Below are positions 31,895 to 45,656 of a stretch of 64,000 nt of DNA, in pieces. Under the pieces are notes generated by a model. The model was not told the DNA's origin and did not search any database. It saw only the letters and a list, made by a program, of their open reading frames with translations. Where the stretch lies: the NCBI GenBank assembly GCA_051294905.1, contig CM119371.1:19780001-19844000 (forward strand). Direction: 5' to 3'. Position 1 is the first letter of the stretch. Every line of letters starts with the position of its first letter. This DNA is from Botryllus schlosseri (Eukaryota). The position numbers were made by a program, and so were the translations under genes.

Positions 31895-31991
31895 GTACTG
31901 ACTATACTTCTGATCAATTATCATATGATCGAAAAAAGAAAAGATGTGTCATACCTAATAAACTTATGGCAACGGTGATAAATATTACACG

Positions 31992-32347
31992 TAGGCTTAC
32001 CATATTTTGGAAATCTAAAAAGAGGAAACTTTTTCAGAAATTTGAGACTTGCAAAACTGGAGAAGATCGGTGAATTTTTCCCACTTTGTGATCGGTTGAC
32101 TAAAAAAATGGTCAACTTTTCGCTCAGAGCTAAAATCGCCGTTATTCACTCCGAAATACCCGCCGGAGCGTCACTTCTGTGCTAATTTACGGCATATCAC
32201 TCGCATTTTGCTCGAAATATGACCTAAATTTTCAAAAAAGAGGACAAAATCTCAAAAAAGAGGACAAAAGGGCGTCCTCCGAGGACACTTTCAAAAAAGT
32301 CAAAAAAGAGGACAAATCCTCTCAAAAGAGAACGTATGGTAACCCTA
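31992..32347. mobile_element. hAT-type MITE (TAGGGTTACCAT family)
   Basis: TIRs are present. Perfect TSD ATTACACG. Confidence 0.88.
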
Positions 32348-32419
32348 ATTACACGTATGATCATCATCACACTTAACGAATCATTGATTGCTTATCTTGA
32401 AACATCATGTATACGCCAG

Positions 32420-33410
32420 ATTCGCTCGTTCAATCACGTAAGGAGCAGTGGTGAGCGGATTGTGCTTTTCGAGACTCCGTATCCCTCCGACAACTTCAGT
32501 GTATGAGGAAAACTCCCTCCGACTCCGAAGAGCTCCATTCCAAACTCCGAGATAATCCGATGAATCTCGTCAAGTATCCGAAACATCGGACACTACAGCA
32601 GACACTGCTCAACAAAAATGCCTTGCTAGATCACTAGGTTAAGGTAGCTCGTATAGTCAATCATACCATTTTAACCATATCATTAGAGTGGCAAGCATGG
32701 TACACTTGGTAATGTATTTTACTAAATAAATGTGATAATATGGTTGGCCTTATAGTATTGTCGACTCTCCAGTCCTCAATTGCAGTGCAGATGTCAGACT
32801 TTTATGCACTTGGCAATCTTTTATGCATGTTACCTGTCATATTACAACTTTACAAGGACAAAAGTTACAACACTCCGAAAATCTCCGAAAAAATATTTGT
32901 AGTAAACTCCGGACTCCGCTCCGACTGTCACAAAATCAGCTAAACTCCGCTCCGATGCTCATCACTGGTAAGGAGTTAAGGCCAGACCAGAGAAAGGCAA
33001 TATAGACACGCGTGTATCAGGAGCACCAGCAATTTCTCGACTCCAATTCACTGAGGCAATTATGCGTGAATGGATATAGAATATATAGATGATAAGAGAT
33101 GGATCTCCTACCGGCTGAATCAGAGATTGATTGATTCTGCTGTGATGATATTCTAGAGACGATCTCTTAACCAGACAGATTTCAGTATAGCACCATTTGT
33201 GCGAATGAATGTTTTGCATGAATAATGTGGTGTAGCAATGCAATCATTCCACTTGTGTCGGAAATATGTCATGAAATTAAAGTTTACGGCGGCGTTGAGC
33301 CGCAAATTATCTTCGCTTTGATTATATGCACCCAACCTAACGTATTTTATTTGTCAAGGCCACTGCATTTGCAGGCGTGATAACTGTTGCGACCTAGTTC
33401 TGACTATAAT
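32420..33410 (+). pseudogene. Decayed duplicate of the intelectin terminal exon and 3' UTR, interrupted by a MITE
   Basis: 32976-33410 aligns to about 30650-31073 (ggcaatat..acacgcgtgtatc.ggagcaccagcaatt; ccggctgaatcagag; gaatgaatgttttgcatgaat; catgaaattaaagtt). It carries a frameshift and stop codons. Confidence 0.88.
32446..32967. mobile_element. hAT-type MITE with ACTCCG repeats
   Basis: TIRs CAGTGGTGAGC / GCTCATCACTG. Perfect TSD GTAAGGAG (32438-32445, 32968-32975). Confidence 0.88.
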
Positions 33411-34546
33411 GATGACGAAATATAATATTGGCGGAAAAGAAAGGAGGTGTCATATTTCATAAACATATGTAAATCGATCACGTCGCGTATCAGTTATGAA
33501 TCTTGGAAATAATAAACTGACACTATCAAAATGAGTAATGACACTACGTGTAGATGCAAATCTCGAAAATATTCAGCTGTTATGATTCAGGGGCCAGATT
33601 TTAGGACATTATACCTCGTTTCACACCAGTTCTGCCTAACACTAACTTTAACTTAACCCTAAACGGGATTTGAGAAACCTGAGATTCCTAATCATATTAT
33701 TATCTCCTAACAATTTACCTCCGTTCGAATTTACTGGTTACCAGAGTTGGCCGATACCGATATCTTTACGGTAGGGCCAGCATCTACGCGACAAACTGAT
33801 TCCGCACTTAGAGCTGATGGCATCAGCTCTCCAATTAGCTGGGGGTGGTAATGCACAGCAGTCGGAGTTGATCAATGATATATATACCGTTGGAGTTGAT
33901 GCAGTTGCGATTCCCAAGAAATGTCGGAACTATACTTCAAAGAGAAGTAGAAAATTAAAGGTATGAAGAGCACCCATGTTTGTAGTTTCAAAAACTAGAT
34001 TAGGTGGTCGTGAGGTCGTGTACCTTTAGCAGTTAATATGAGTTAGATACTTCCGAAACTGAAAGATGGATCTTTTTGACTAAAGCAGAATGACTAATGA
34101 AGCGACCAGTTCATAGAATCTCTAATATATTTTCATTCACCCCGATATAGGGTTAATTTCGGGCGGTGTTTTTAAGAATAGGACTTATAACGATGATGGA
34201 AAAATATCCTCACCCTACTTCCTACTTTCTAATACCAAAATTATTGAATGTTAGTATTTTCCCTAACAACGGTTCAAGTAGGAGTGGAAGTAGTCCAAAA
34301 ACATTAACCATTGGGCCCGTAGAACAGGTGGACAAGTCCTACTCGAGTATACTGAAAAAGCAGTATATGCTTCGTTACATGATATGTCGCAATCGCGTGA
34401 ACCCCATTAGGCCGCTACAGATTTCACACATAATACAATGGTATGTTTTCTTTACTGAAATAACGAACACCGTTGATACGTTGCAAAGAGGAAAATACAA
34501 TTCAACGTTAAATCGTGGATCGTGCTCGATTGCCGAAGAGCCGATA

Positions 34547-36390
34547 TCAAGCCTCGGAGAGATAGTTGATGGGGGTGTTCACGCAAAGAAGTCCCGGGAA
34601 ATTGCAGAGCCTGCGAATCATATCCTGAAATAAAGAAAGAGGAAGAGAGAATTATGAAAATTTCGTATGCATTCATTTGATCGTCGTTGCTAAGTTGCGA
34701 TTTCCAAAAAAAGTATTGTGATAGTTTCGCGTAATAAAGTGATAACTGTTAAGGAGTGGTATAGATTCATAACCACTTGAGTAGGTACTGCAGGGGCTCC
34801 CAAGCGTTTTATGGTCGTGACCTGAAATTTCAATTTGTAAACGTTCTGCGACCCCATAATTTGCGAAGTGAATACTACAATTTATGTACAGTAGTTGCAA
34901 TTATGCAATTATAAACTCGTCGTCTGTCTATGAAGACTATAGAAACGTACATAGGTCAGCTGAAGCGATTTCTATCTCTCTCCAATCGAATTAGCCAAGT
35001 AATGTAACGTAATGTCCTGCGCCAAGCGAAACATAGATAGCGATCTATATGTTATTTGGCCGCTCTGAGCTTGTGTCTTGTGTCAGCACATAGCACTATC
35101 GCGCTTTAAATGACCATTCGACAGGTCTTAATACCTCGTTTGCCGGGTTCACATTCCTCAGAGGTCGTTTTTATTCTATTTTGAAAAAATGAACTAAAGC
35201 GACCTCTTAACTGGCATTTTTGTGAAGGTCATTGGTAGTTAATTTTTGTCTCTGCGACCGCAAAGAATAGGCAAACCACATCATTTGGGTCGTGACCCCT
35301 ACTTTAGGAACTCCTGAAGCAGTGGAACTAGGATGCTAAACACAATTTAGTACTCCAAAAAGGTAGAAGTGCATCGTTACTGAACATCTCTGACGAAAAC
35401 ATGGCGTTAACTTACTGCGTCTTGCCTTCTTAGACAGTAACCTGATGGCGCGACTATCGGCATTGCAATGAAAGTAACACCGCCGCAGATAGGCCCAGAC
35501 ACGCACACCAGGTCTTTTCTTGTGTCACATTCTCCTAGCCGTTGATAGCCACCGCATCGCTGATATAGCTGTTTCGGGCATTGGTAACAGCACCTAAATG
35601 TAACGTATAATTTAACGTTACGTGAGCAGAGGTGTCCAAAGTAGTCAGGGGAGGGAAATCCATTTAAAATTGCAGGGCGCATCTTCTCGACTAGTGCTAA
35701 ATGACTAATGTCACAACAAGTAGGTGGTATTTTCGAAACTAAATTTTGTTAGCTCGATACAGGGCCTATTTCGCCCAGTCGTTATGACAATTGAGCACGT
35801 ACAGGTGGCGCAAACATACGCACAAACTACAATCTACTTTAGAAAACGCAAGGTCGAAAATGTAAGCAGCTTTGCTTGAAAAATATTCGGTGGTAGAGGA
35901 AATAATCTAAAAAGAAGTGTAGCGCCAGTTACAATCTCTTCGTGAGAGCTCCGGGAAATTATAAAAACAAGATACCCTCTAAGCGAAAAGACTGTACTTA
36001 CACCAGTGTACCATCCGTGATATATTGGTGTGAATAGACATACACCACAGTATATATGAAACACAAAATGCTAATCCAAATGATGCATGCATTGCACGTC
36101 AGGACGCAAAAAGGCATGCACGTAGGCACGTACGATTTATAACCGAACAAAACGTAAACGCTAAGAGTGTGACAACAATACATATAATCGCCGTCGCAAT
36201 AGATGAAGGTAAAATCGCTTAATCATATGAAACAGGCACTATCCCACACTCACCCACAAGAATCTTTTATTGGCCTCCCTCCGCCAAAGCAATACGGGCG
36301 AGGACAAGGTCGTTTGCATGGTGGGCAGAGTATGCCTGTACAATACGCTGTACTGATGGCAAGCAATAATATGAAACACAGCGTATGCAT
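34547..36390 (-). CDS. Secreted single IGFBP N-terminal (IB) domain protein, paralog A, 130 aa
   Basis: complement join(36254-36390,35416-35593,34547-34624), GT-AG, phases 2,0. Protein: MHTLCFILLLAISTAYCTG-ILCPPCKRPCPRPYCFGGGRPIKDSCGCCYQCPKQLYQRCGG..GECDTRKDLVC..SGYCLRRQDA-DMIRRLCNFPGLLCVNTPINYLSEA*. Confidence 0.88.
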
Positions 36391-38989
36391 GATGGATTCT
36401 TGTCTAATAATAGAAAAGGGACGCACATTCATTACATGTCTTATCAAGTCACAGAACTATATCCTACCGCCTATAACGTTGCTTCTCAAGTAGAAGTAGC
36501 AATGACGCCGTAAATTTGTTCTTAATTACAAGTATAGATGTGAAAATACCCGAGAAGACATGCGAAAACTATTTGAAATAGTAACTGATGAACTGAAAAT
36601 TAATCAAGTAAGCATATGCAGTTTAAAGATGTTGATTTGTTTTTTTTTGCGGTTTATTAGAGGTGGTAATTTTCGAAATTGCTGACTGCATCTTCGCTAC
36701 TGACGAAAAATGGCTAACGACACTACGAGTGCGAGGATCTTTGTAACTATAGGCTACATCTCGTTACTGCGACCCTGTGGTCATGAGAACTTTTCGCATC
36801 AACGCGATGCAAGCATATCCGAAAACTCACTTTACTACCTTACACGATATCGAAAGTGTTCAAAGCAAGTAGTTCGTCAAGAAAAACTGTTGATTAAAAG
36901 TTGCAACGCAATCATTTGAAATAGATCGCGGCCAAACCTACTTGTGTACCCGGGAAAAGCAGAAGTACTTGATTACAGACTAATAACCACCTCACTGCGC
37001 ATCACACAGCTATCCAATCGCTTACTTACTTTGAGTTATCACCCATAATATACAGAAGCCTGCAGTACCGGCGAAAATTTACCTTTTTCAAATACGCGAC
37101 AGGTACTATCTATATCCACCACCCAAGCAAAGGCGTTTTCTACACGACATAGGCTACTTCCATTACGATACGATGTTATCAAACCACCCACTTATCCCTG
37201 ACCTACTAAGTATAGCACGAGCTTCTGTGGTTTTGAACGTGCGCATCCACATAGTTACAATATAAAACGTTATTTTAGTGAAGTAACCTCATGTTGAGAT
37301 TCTGACAAGGACAGGTAAAATAAACTAGTAGAAATACGATGTTTCATCTAGGCTACATTCCATGGTGTTTTACAGTTATTTTCATCGTTGGTTTGCTATG
37401 GAGATAACACTTTGAAGTTGAGTAGTAAGAGAAAGCGATGTTTCATTTGATTGGTCAACCGGCATTCTAGGTGAATCTTATAAATCAGTAACTTCTCTGT
37501 TCAATTGAGCAGAGAATCTATGATTACTTGGATGGCGATACATGATAAAGATTCATGATTGACTAACCCAAACCTACACCAGACTAAATGCCTTATTAAA
37601 CGAAATGCGAAAACCTTGCTGGCCAAATTTCTAGCCATAAACCGTCATGAAATGAATTGTGCGAAAAGCGTGCGCAACTGCGCATCCTACGTGAATTCCA
37701 TTAGCCATAACGCGGCGGTATTTATATATGTCGGAAACAGGTGAGAAAATGTATTGCTCTGCTCACGGTACCAATTAATTGATTATTTTTAACATAATGG
37801 GGTTCCTTGAAACCTGCTGTTGTCATACGCGTAAGAGTGTAGGTGGCAATTTATATGGTAATGGAGAAATCAATTACAACACCCCCAATTTCATTAAACC
37901 TCAAATCAATTTTTCAGAGCTGAATCGGAAAGATTAAACACTGATTAGATTGATAAAATCTAAAGTAATGAGGTTCCTTGAAATCTTCTGCTGTAATAAG
38001 CGTCAGAGTGCCGAAAGCAATTTTATACGGTACTGGAGACATCGATGACAAGACCACAGATTTAATTAAACTTCAAATATTTTTTTCATTGCCGATTCGG
38101 AAAGATGAGAATGTTCGAACCGGCTTAAATACGAAATTACATCTTTCGAGAGACTTATCAACCGATTCGTTAAAAAAGTCTTAGTCAATATATGGTTGTT
38201 GTATTAAATATGGACGTTTCATTTTGCCTATATCAGTTCGATTATGGCATTATATTAATCACGTCGGTGTGTAGTCAATACAGGAAGTATGCTCTCTTTT
38301 ACGAATAATCTAGATCTGACAACTGATTCTAATTGCTTAATGAAAATATATTGCTCGCTTTGATCTCCCTTGAACGGGCTCTTTACTCATAAGTTGTAAT
38401 AAAGTTTACAAGTAGGCGTAAAATGACGCTGGAATATACAAATGAAAATCGAATGAATTGGAATTCAGATTAAAATACATGTATGTGAACACCAAATGTA
38501 AAATATCAAACGTGATCGAGAATAGATTTAATAGTAAGATTACTAACAAAATCCAACACTTGACGCGTTTTCAGACTTAATACAGTTGCGGTGGTAGGAA
38601 TAATGCAGTCGCTCCCAAACTGTGTTACGAGTACCACAAGTGGTACTTGAGACTCTCTCAGGGGGTACGCGAAAAGATTCGGCGGATGTAGAAATTAATG
38701 AAGTTTTGAATTCGATACAGCGAGAGATACTAGGTTGTCGAGATGAACTGGGCCACCGTCACTCTAGGCCCAGTGTTCTTTTAGGGCTTCCCAAATTTCG
38801 GACTTACAACTAAAGTAGAAAATTATTGGTTGTTTCTCGCTATGTCTTGTCGATAATACGAATATAGCCGACGATCAATAGTTGCGGTACAGCTATAACA
38901 GCTGAATCAAAGAGGTATTCACAAAATAAGCGCACCTTCGATACTTCTAAATGTTTTTTTCTCCTGATTTATGGCGTATAATGATCAAT

Positions 38990-39229
38990 TTTTACGTGTG
39001 GAAACATAACAAGCAGAAGCCAGCACCCAGAAGCCAGAAGCCAGAATCCTGGCCAAAGCGAAGATTTTCGTCGCTATGTCGTGTTAAAACCATACAACGA
39101 AATATGCTACTAGATATAACCCTGAATGATCTAATAAACATCTCGATGAACGCTCCAGAGCAGGTCGCTGGCGAGGATGCACAAAAGATAGCTGACAAGT
39201 GGCAAAAACAAAGGACCGACGAACAGTGA
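38990..39229 (+). mobile_element. hAT transposase C-terminal dimerisation-domain remnant
   Basis: RRFSSLCRVKTIQRNMLLDITLNDLINISMNAP resembles the ERxFSxLxxIKTxxRNxL..L..L..IS.NGP motif. Confidence 0.65.
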
Positions 39230-39631
39230 CAGCGCGGGCATTGCAATGCGTTGGAATCTGCAATCAACGAAGAAATGGGAGCTGGCGGACTGGAACGGGA
39301 TTGCGAATCTGTTTCGTTGCATGAGATAGAACCTGAAAAATTCGTTCTGCGATTGTGCACTTCCAGTAGCCTAATAAATAATTCGTTCAAGCAAATATGG
39401 CAATTTTTGGTATGGAAATGACACACTTGTGGTCTTTTTAAACTACTTAGCGGTCACCCAAACCAAAACTTGGAAAAACTGTATAGGCCTACCCAAATTC
39501 TACGAATCTTACATTGATCTGGCATATATTCTATCACGTTACACTGCGCCGAGCAGTTACTATCAAATTGTGATTCCACTTAAATCAACATCAAAACTTT
39601 ACTCTTATCACCGGATTATGCACATGTATGA

Positions 39632-40272
39632 GCGGTGTTCAAAAATGACTTTTTTTTGAAATTGTACCGGCTATACTTGATAAAATTGTTAGATTACCTA
39701 AAAAAACGCTGCATACCTATTTAAGCTCAATTCCAACCTATAGTGGCATTGCTATAAGAGAAAAAGTTTTGGATTTATTTATTAAAAATAAATATGAAAT
39801 TTCCTCAAATCTTATTGGCTATACACCATGAGATTGTTTGATTGCCGGAAAAAGCGATGGACAACGGATTTAACTCAATTCGAACCAGTAGAAAACGAAG
39901 TTACTGATGTTCAAAATTCAAGATTTCAAATAATAGTTGTTACGGTGGTTAAAAATCTATAATAAATAATTAAAGAATTTGCCACCGTAAATACTATTTT
40001 TTCAAATCCAAAATTGTGTCCTCCAATAACTTTGCTTGTACTAGTTGTAATTGAGCCACATTTTTTGCGCATCGTTTCTTCAGACAGCCTAACAATTTCA
40101 TGGGGTAGTCAGTGAAATAGAAAAAAATATTTATTCATTTTTCTCTTATGGCAATGCCTCTATAAGTTAGAATTGCACCAAAATTGGTGTGCAGCATTTA
40201 ATTAAGCAACCCAATAATTTTATCAATTAGCCAGTGCAATTGGAGGAAAAGAAGTCATTTTTGAACACCCCT
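39632..40272. mobile_element. Foldback-like, almost fully palindromic MITE
   Basis: Termini GGTGTTCAAAAATGACTT / AAGTCATTTTTGAACACC. Imperfect inverted complementarity continues for more than 200 bp per arm. Confidence 0.75.
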
Positions 40273-40389
40273 ACTGTATACCTCAGTGGTATGCATTAGA
40301 ACCGACATTTTGGCACGTTACAAGCTAAAGTAGGGGTACAATTCTGAATATCGAATTTTTAGAAATCCTATATTACGACCGATCGGGAA

Positions 40390-40490
40390 ATATCCCAGAA
40401 TGCAATATCTAACATGGGTGGGCAGAATATACTTGGACCGCTTGCTGTACTTATGACAAGCAACAGTATGATATACATCGTATGTATGAT
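40390..40490 (-). pseudogene. Dead copy of IB-protein exon 1, part of a duplication of about 36290-37570 to about 40390-41410
   Basis: Translates IHTMYIILLLVISTASGPSIFCPP (vs MHTLCFILLLAISTAYCTGILCPP) with ATG->ATA and a frameshift after CPP. The upstream flanks also align. Confidence 0.75.
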
Positions 40491-41863
40491 GGAAGTTTTC
40501 TCTATTGGAAAAGGGACGAATACTCATTACAGATCTTTTTAAGTCAGAAAGCCAAAGCCTACTGACCATATGCGCCTATAGAGGTGGTCAAAGTACTTGC
40601 GGTTTCAAATCAAGTAGAAGTAGAAGCAATGCTGCAAATCATTACTGAATTACAAGTAGATGTGAGAATGTTTACGAAGGCATATCAAAACTACTTCAGA
40701 TATAAATAAAGATATGAAAAGTGTTCAAGTAAGTAGTTTCGAGATGTTGTATTGGACGTTTTGCAGTTAATTGGAGGGGACAAATTTCGAAATTGATGAG
40801 TATACATCTTCGCTACTAATGCTACTAAAATGGCTAACGGGTACATATCAAATAGTGTTCTGTAAAAATCTGTTAAGTAGACTTCTACTATACGTCTGTA
40901 GAAGCAGATGTAGTCTACAAACGTAACTGCTTGAATAAGTAGTACGTGTAGGCATAATCTACTTGTGTACTCTGAAAAAAGTAGACGTACTTCGCTACTG
41001 ACAACATCTGTGAGCATCGCACAGCAAATTCTCTGTACAATCGCCCACTTCTAAGGTATTACCCATCATTTAGAAGATACCAATTCCGGTGACTTGAATC
41101 CTTTCAATTATACTGTTACAATGACTCAAAATCAGGATATACGTTGACCCATATTTTAATAGGCCATAATTGACCTAATCCATATTAAATAGCAGTTTAG
41201 CCTACTGTTGTTTTCTTCATTTGCCTACTTGGAAAATCGCCATATGAACTTAAAGTGAAAGAGAAAAGAATAGAGAGATATTTTTCGCTTCGTCAACCAG
41301 AATTCAAAGCGAATTCCATTGTATTATATAACATCTCCGTACACTCAAGTAGAATCGATGATGATTTAGATGACCATACGTATCCATGATTCATGATTAC
41401 CAAAACCTAAAGGCCTCGACCTGTGGTTCTCAACCCTAGACAAACCATATTCCTCACACTAAAAATCCGCCCGGACAGCATACGGCGACTCCTGCGGCAA
41501 CCTTGCTAAGCAATTATGAGCCCAAAATTATCACGATGTGAACCGTCTGAAGAGCGAGCGCATCGCAAGTAATAGTAATTCCATTTGATATAACGTGGCG
41601 GTATTTGCACATTTCGGATGACGGAAATAAATTATTTCGCACACCCACGGTACTAATTCATGGATCATTTTAAAGGTAATGAGGTTTTCGTGAAATGTTT
41701 TCTTCTGATACAACTCATACTTTTGGAAGCAATTTGTACGGTAATCACTTCCGCCTAGATGTGGCGAGGTAGAGCAGTGGTTGCTGTTGTTGGTATTGAG
41801 TTTGTGGTGCTCGGCAGCTATGGCCTTGTGCACCAGGTCTATTAGTTATGTATTCATTATTCC

Positions 41864-44800
41864 ATTATATCTCTCTTCCAGACAATAAAACAAATTCTAT
41901 TACCGAGGAAATCGTGGCGGGATGGGTCAGTATGCTATCCATCAAGAAAGGCACGCCGTGTTCCCGGGCTATGCCTTCCAGGTATTCCCGTTCGCGTGAA
42001 TATTTTGGGCAATGAATGAGGAAATGTTCAACCGTTTCTTGTCGTTGACAAGTACGGCAAAGCCCATCTTGGTGGCTTCCAATTCGAAGTAGGTGATTGG
42101 CAAGTCGGCAATGCCCTGTTTGTAGACGTACGAGGATTGACGATTGGATTCGTGACGATATAGTGGGAAAACTGGGATTTCGTTGTGCTGTGAGAAAATC
42201 CGCTTGAATTTGGAATCGTCCGTATGCTCCCTTAACTTTTCAAACCATTTCTCACGACAGTGTTTGGAGACTCGAACTTTGGCTTCCTTCAGCGACAAAG
42301 GGGTGGCTAGGAACTTGCAGCATGCTTGGCCAGTTTGTCTGCCCGTTCGTTGTATCCGACGTCTTGATGTCCTGGTATCCAGACTAGGTGTGACGAGATG
42401 TTTCTTTGTGATAAATCTCTGCAGATAGTGATGATATTAGCAACCATATTGTTGCCGAGACTTTTGTTTTCGATGGCCTGCAATGCACTCAGACTATCGG
42501 TGAGGACTGCTATTTTGCATGGAGGATAGCAAGTTTGGTACGCCCAAGTGAGACTTTTGTAGATCGCGAATAGCTCTGCAGAAAAAACGGACAGTAGACA
42601 ATCAAGGCCCAAACTAAATGAGAAATTGTAGTTGTGAACATGAAACCCAGCACCACAGCGGCGATTATTTTTTGAGCCATCAGTGAATATTTTGATAAAC
42701 CCTTGGTAGTTGTCCGATATGTGACGATTGCACACCTGCGAAACAGCCGCAGGATGACCTATTGAAGGTACAACCGCGGTTAGGGCGAGGTCAATATCAA
42801 AGGGGTGTGTTTCACACCATGGGGGGATGGGAAGTTGTTTCGATCGCTGAATTGACAGTTCTGTCGGCAGTATCCCACTTGTCAGCATGTTGAAGGTATT
42901 GAAACGATTCGAGTCGGGAAAAATTTCATGCCAGCTATGGCTGATGATTTGCTGACAAGGATGAGCATCATTGGACAAAATAGTGCATCTCAATTTCAGG
43001 CACGACTGGAGATGTCTGAGCTCTACAGGTGGTTCTCCGCAGAAGTGCTGTAGAGCATACGCTGGAGTACTACGCATCGCACCACAGCAAATTCGTAACG
43101 CAGCATTCTGAACTCCTTGAATAGCGTTGAGATTATATCTGGGTGAAAAAAGGTAAGATTCGTACCCATATTCGATTATAGATCGTATGAGAGATCTATA
43201 AAGGGCCAGGAGGCAATCTTTCGATGCTCCCCACGAGGTACCTGCCAAGGCGCGGAGTAGATTCAGTCTCTTAGAGCATTTTCCCACCACCATCTTCGTA
43301 TGTGACCTGTAATTTAGTTTAGAATCGAATATAATGCCGAGATACCTGTATTCCTTCTGTACAGGTATGGCTGAGCCGTTGAATACAAGATTGATACTTG
43401 GGATTTTTCTGCGTCGCGTGAATAATACAGCTGCCGATTTCTTGGAATTCATTTTGAACCCCCATTGTTCACACCACGAGGAGATCTGGTCCAGCGAAGA
43501 TTGAATTTTCTGAAGGGTTTCAGCAATGACTAGGCCTGATTCCCAGATACACACGTCGTCAGCGTACAAGTTCATACTAGCTGTGATGTTTTGCGGGAGA
43601 TCATTTATCATGAGCGAAAACAAAACCGGACTCAACACACTTCCCTGAGGTATACCGTTTTCGAGTTCGAATGTGTCCGACAGCGTTGTACCGATTCTCA
43701 CTTGAAAGTTGCGGTCAGTGAGGAAAGACCGAATCCAATTGACGATGTTACCCTCGAGCCCGATGTTTCGGAGCTTATAAATTAAGGCGTCGCGCCAAAC
43801 TAGATCGTAGGCCTTTTCAAAGTCTATAAATATTGCCACAACAGATCTTTTACTCCAGAGCGATTTATATATGTCATCGTGCAGAAGCGCAATGCAGTCT
43901 GTTGTTGATCTGCCAGGTCGGAAACCACTTTGGTTTGGATGTAGGATATTGTTGTTATTTAGCCACCAGTTCAACCTATTCAGAATCATCCTTTCCATGA
44001 TTTTACACAAATTGCTGGTGAGAGAAATTGGTCGGTAAGAGGATGCGATGTCACGGGGTTTTCCGTTCTTTAGGATTGGGACAACAATTGAATGCTTCCA
44101 TTGCTCTGGGCATCAACCACTGGTCCAGGAGTCGTTGAATGCGTCCAGTAGCATCGCCTTGCAGTTTGTGTTTAGGTTTGACACCATTGCCAGGCAAATG
44201 TTATCGACCCCAGGTGCAGTATTTCTTCTGGGTTTCAGTACTGCCCGTAGTTCATTCATGCTGAATGGAGCATTGATACCGTGATTTGGTGAGCTCGATG
44301 TTGCATTCGCTCTAGATAATTCAGAATCGAGAGTTGCTCTCTTTATCAAGTGATTGGTGTCGAGATTGGTATTACTGCTGACCTTCGCAAAGCATGTTGC
44401 CAGCTCGTTGGCCATTTCGAAGTCGTCTGTTAGCGGTCCGCGGGGCGATGTCACAGATTGGATCTCACTCCAAGTTTTGGAACCAGACATTGACCGAATA
44501 ACTCTCCACACATTTGATAATTTTGAGGTGTTCGAAAGTCCACTACAGAATGTTTGCCAATGCGACCGCTTTGCCAATAATACAGTCTTTCGTGCAAAGG
44601 CGCGACTGCGTCTGAACTGGATAATGTCCCGTTCACAGAAAGAGCGTTTCATTTTCAGGAATGCAGCTCGTTTGAGACGGATTGCCCTGGAGCACTCTTC
44701 AGTCCACCATGGCACGCTGTTCTTCGTAAACGGTTTCGTCATTGGAATTATCTCCTCTGCTGTTTTTATAATGGCTTCTGTGGCTGAGTAGATGGTAATT

Positions 44801-45656
44801 AGTCCATTCGTCCGGGGAGAATTTTCGAAATGAATCTGAGATAACTGTTTGAATTTATTCCAGTTTGCTCTTCGCAAAGCCCATGAAGTGTGGTGTCTTT
44901 GCGGGGCAGTTAATATGACATCAAGGACGCTTATAACAACGAAGTGGTCACTACCAAGGAGTCTTTCTGTTACTGATGTTGTTATTTTGTGTGCCAGGTC
45001 CTTAGAAGTTATTGTCAGGTCAAGCAGAGATGTTGAACCTGGGTTAGGACGAGACATATTTAGGCGCGTCGGGGATGTCGTGTTAGCAACAACAAGCTCG
45101 GATTCCTCAATCAAGTAATGGAGATGCCTACCGCATTCATTAATGGATGTGCTCCCCCAAAGGGGGTGGTGTGCATTGAAGTCCCCCAAGAAGATACTCC
45201 GCGAGCCACATCGCTCGGCAGAAAAGCAGCGCTGCATGAGAGAGCGAGTGATTTTCTTGTTGGGGGGGGGGGGGGGATATATAAATTTGCATATCGTAAT
45301 GTCGTCGATGATTATTGCTGAGCCTCAATTGGGTGAATATTTTCGATGTTAATTTCTAAATATCGTCGCCCGTTCTTCACGAAAATACAAACACCACAAC
45401 CATGGATGTTGCGATCTTTCCTCAGCAAAGAGTAATTGGGAATTCTCGGGAAATACTTAGGAATCAGATGAGTCTCTTGCAAGGCTATTATATCAGGTTT
45501 CGTTGGTAAATTTTCAATATAGTGTTTAAAGTCATCTATTTTTCTGTATATCCCTCTGCAGTTCCATTGAATCAGAGTGAAAAGGGTTTGGGTTGGGAGT
45601 TGCTTTGTGGCTTTTGTCTTTGGCCCTGCATGAGTGGATCCTGGCGAGGTTGACAA
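41864..45656 (-). pseudogene. LINE ORF2 (APE endonuclease, reverse transcriptase, RNase H, Zn finger), disrupted
   Basis: Motifs QWNCRG, LQETHL, LGDFNAH, GSDHF; DFEKAYD, PQGSVLSP, YADD; FTDGSK, SAELFAI, WIPGH..NERADKLAK; LQTGHC..ETVEHFLIHC. Frameshifts near 45240-45320, about 42300 and about 42150. In-frame TGA at 44113. Confidence 0.93.

Noticed and set aside
33810..33830. 21-bp perfect palindrome AGAGCTGATG-G-CATCAGCTCT
   Set aside because: It is isolated with no supporting context, so I cannot distinguish it from chance or a TE remnant.
34166..34633. 155-aa + strand ORF
   Set aside because: It has no recognisable motif and overlaps, antisense, the well-supported exon 3 of IB paralog A.
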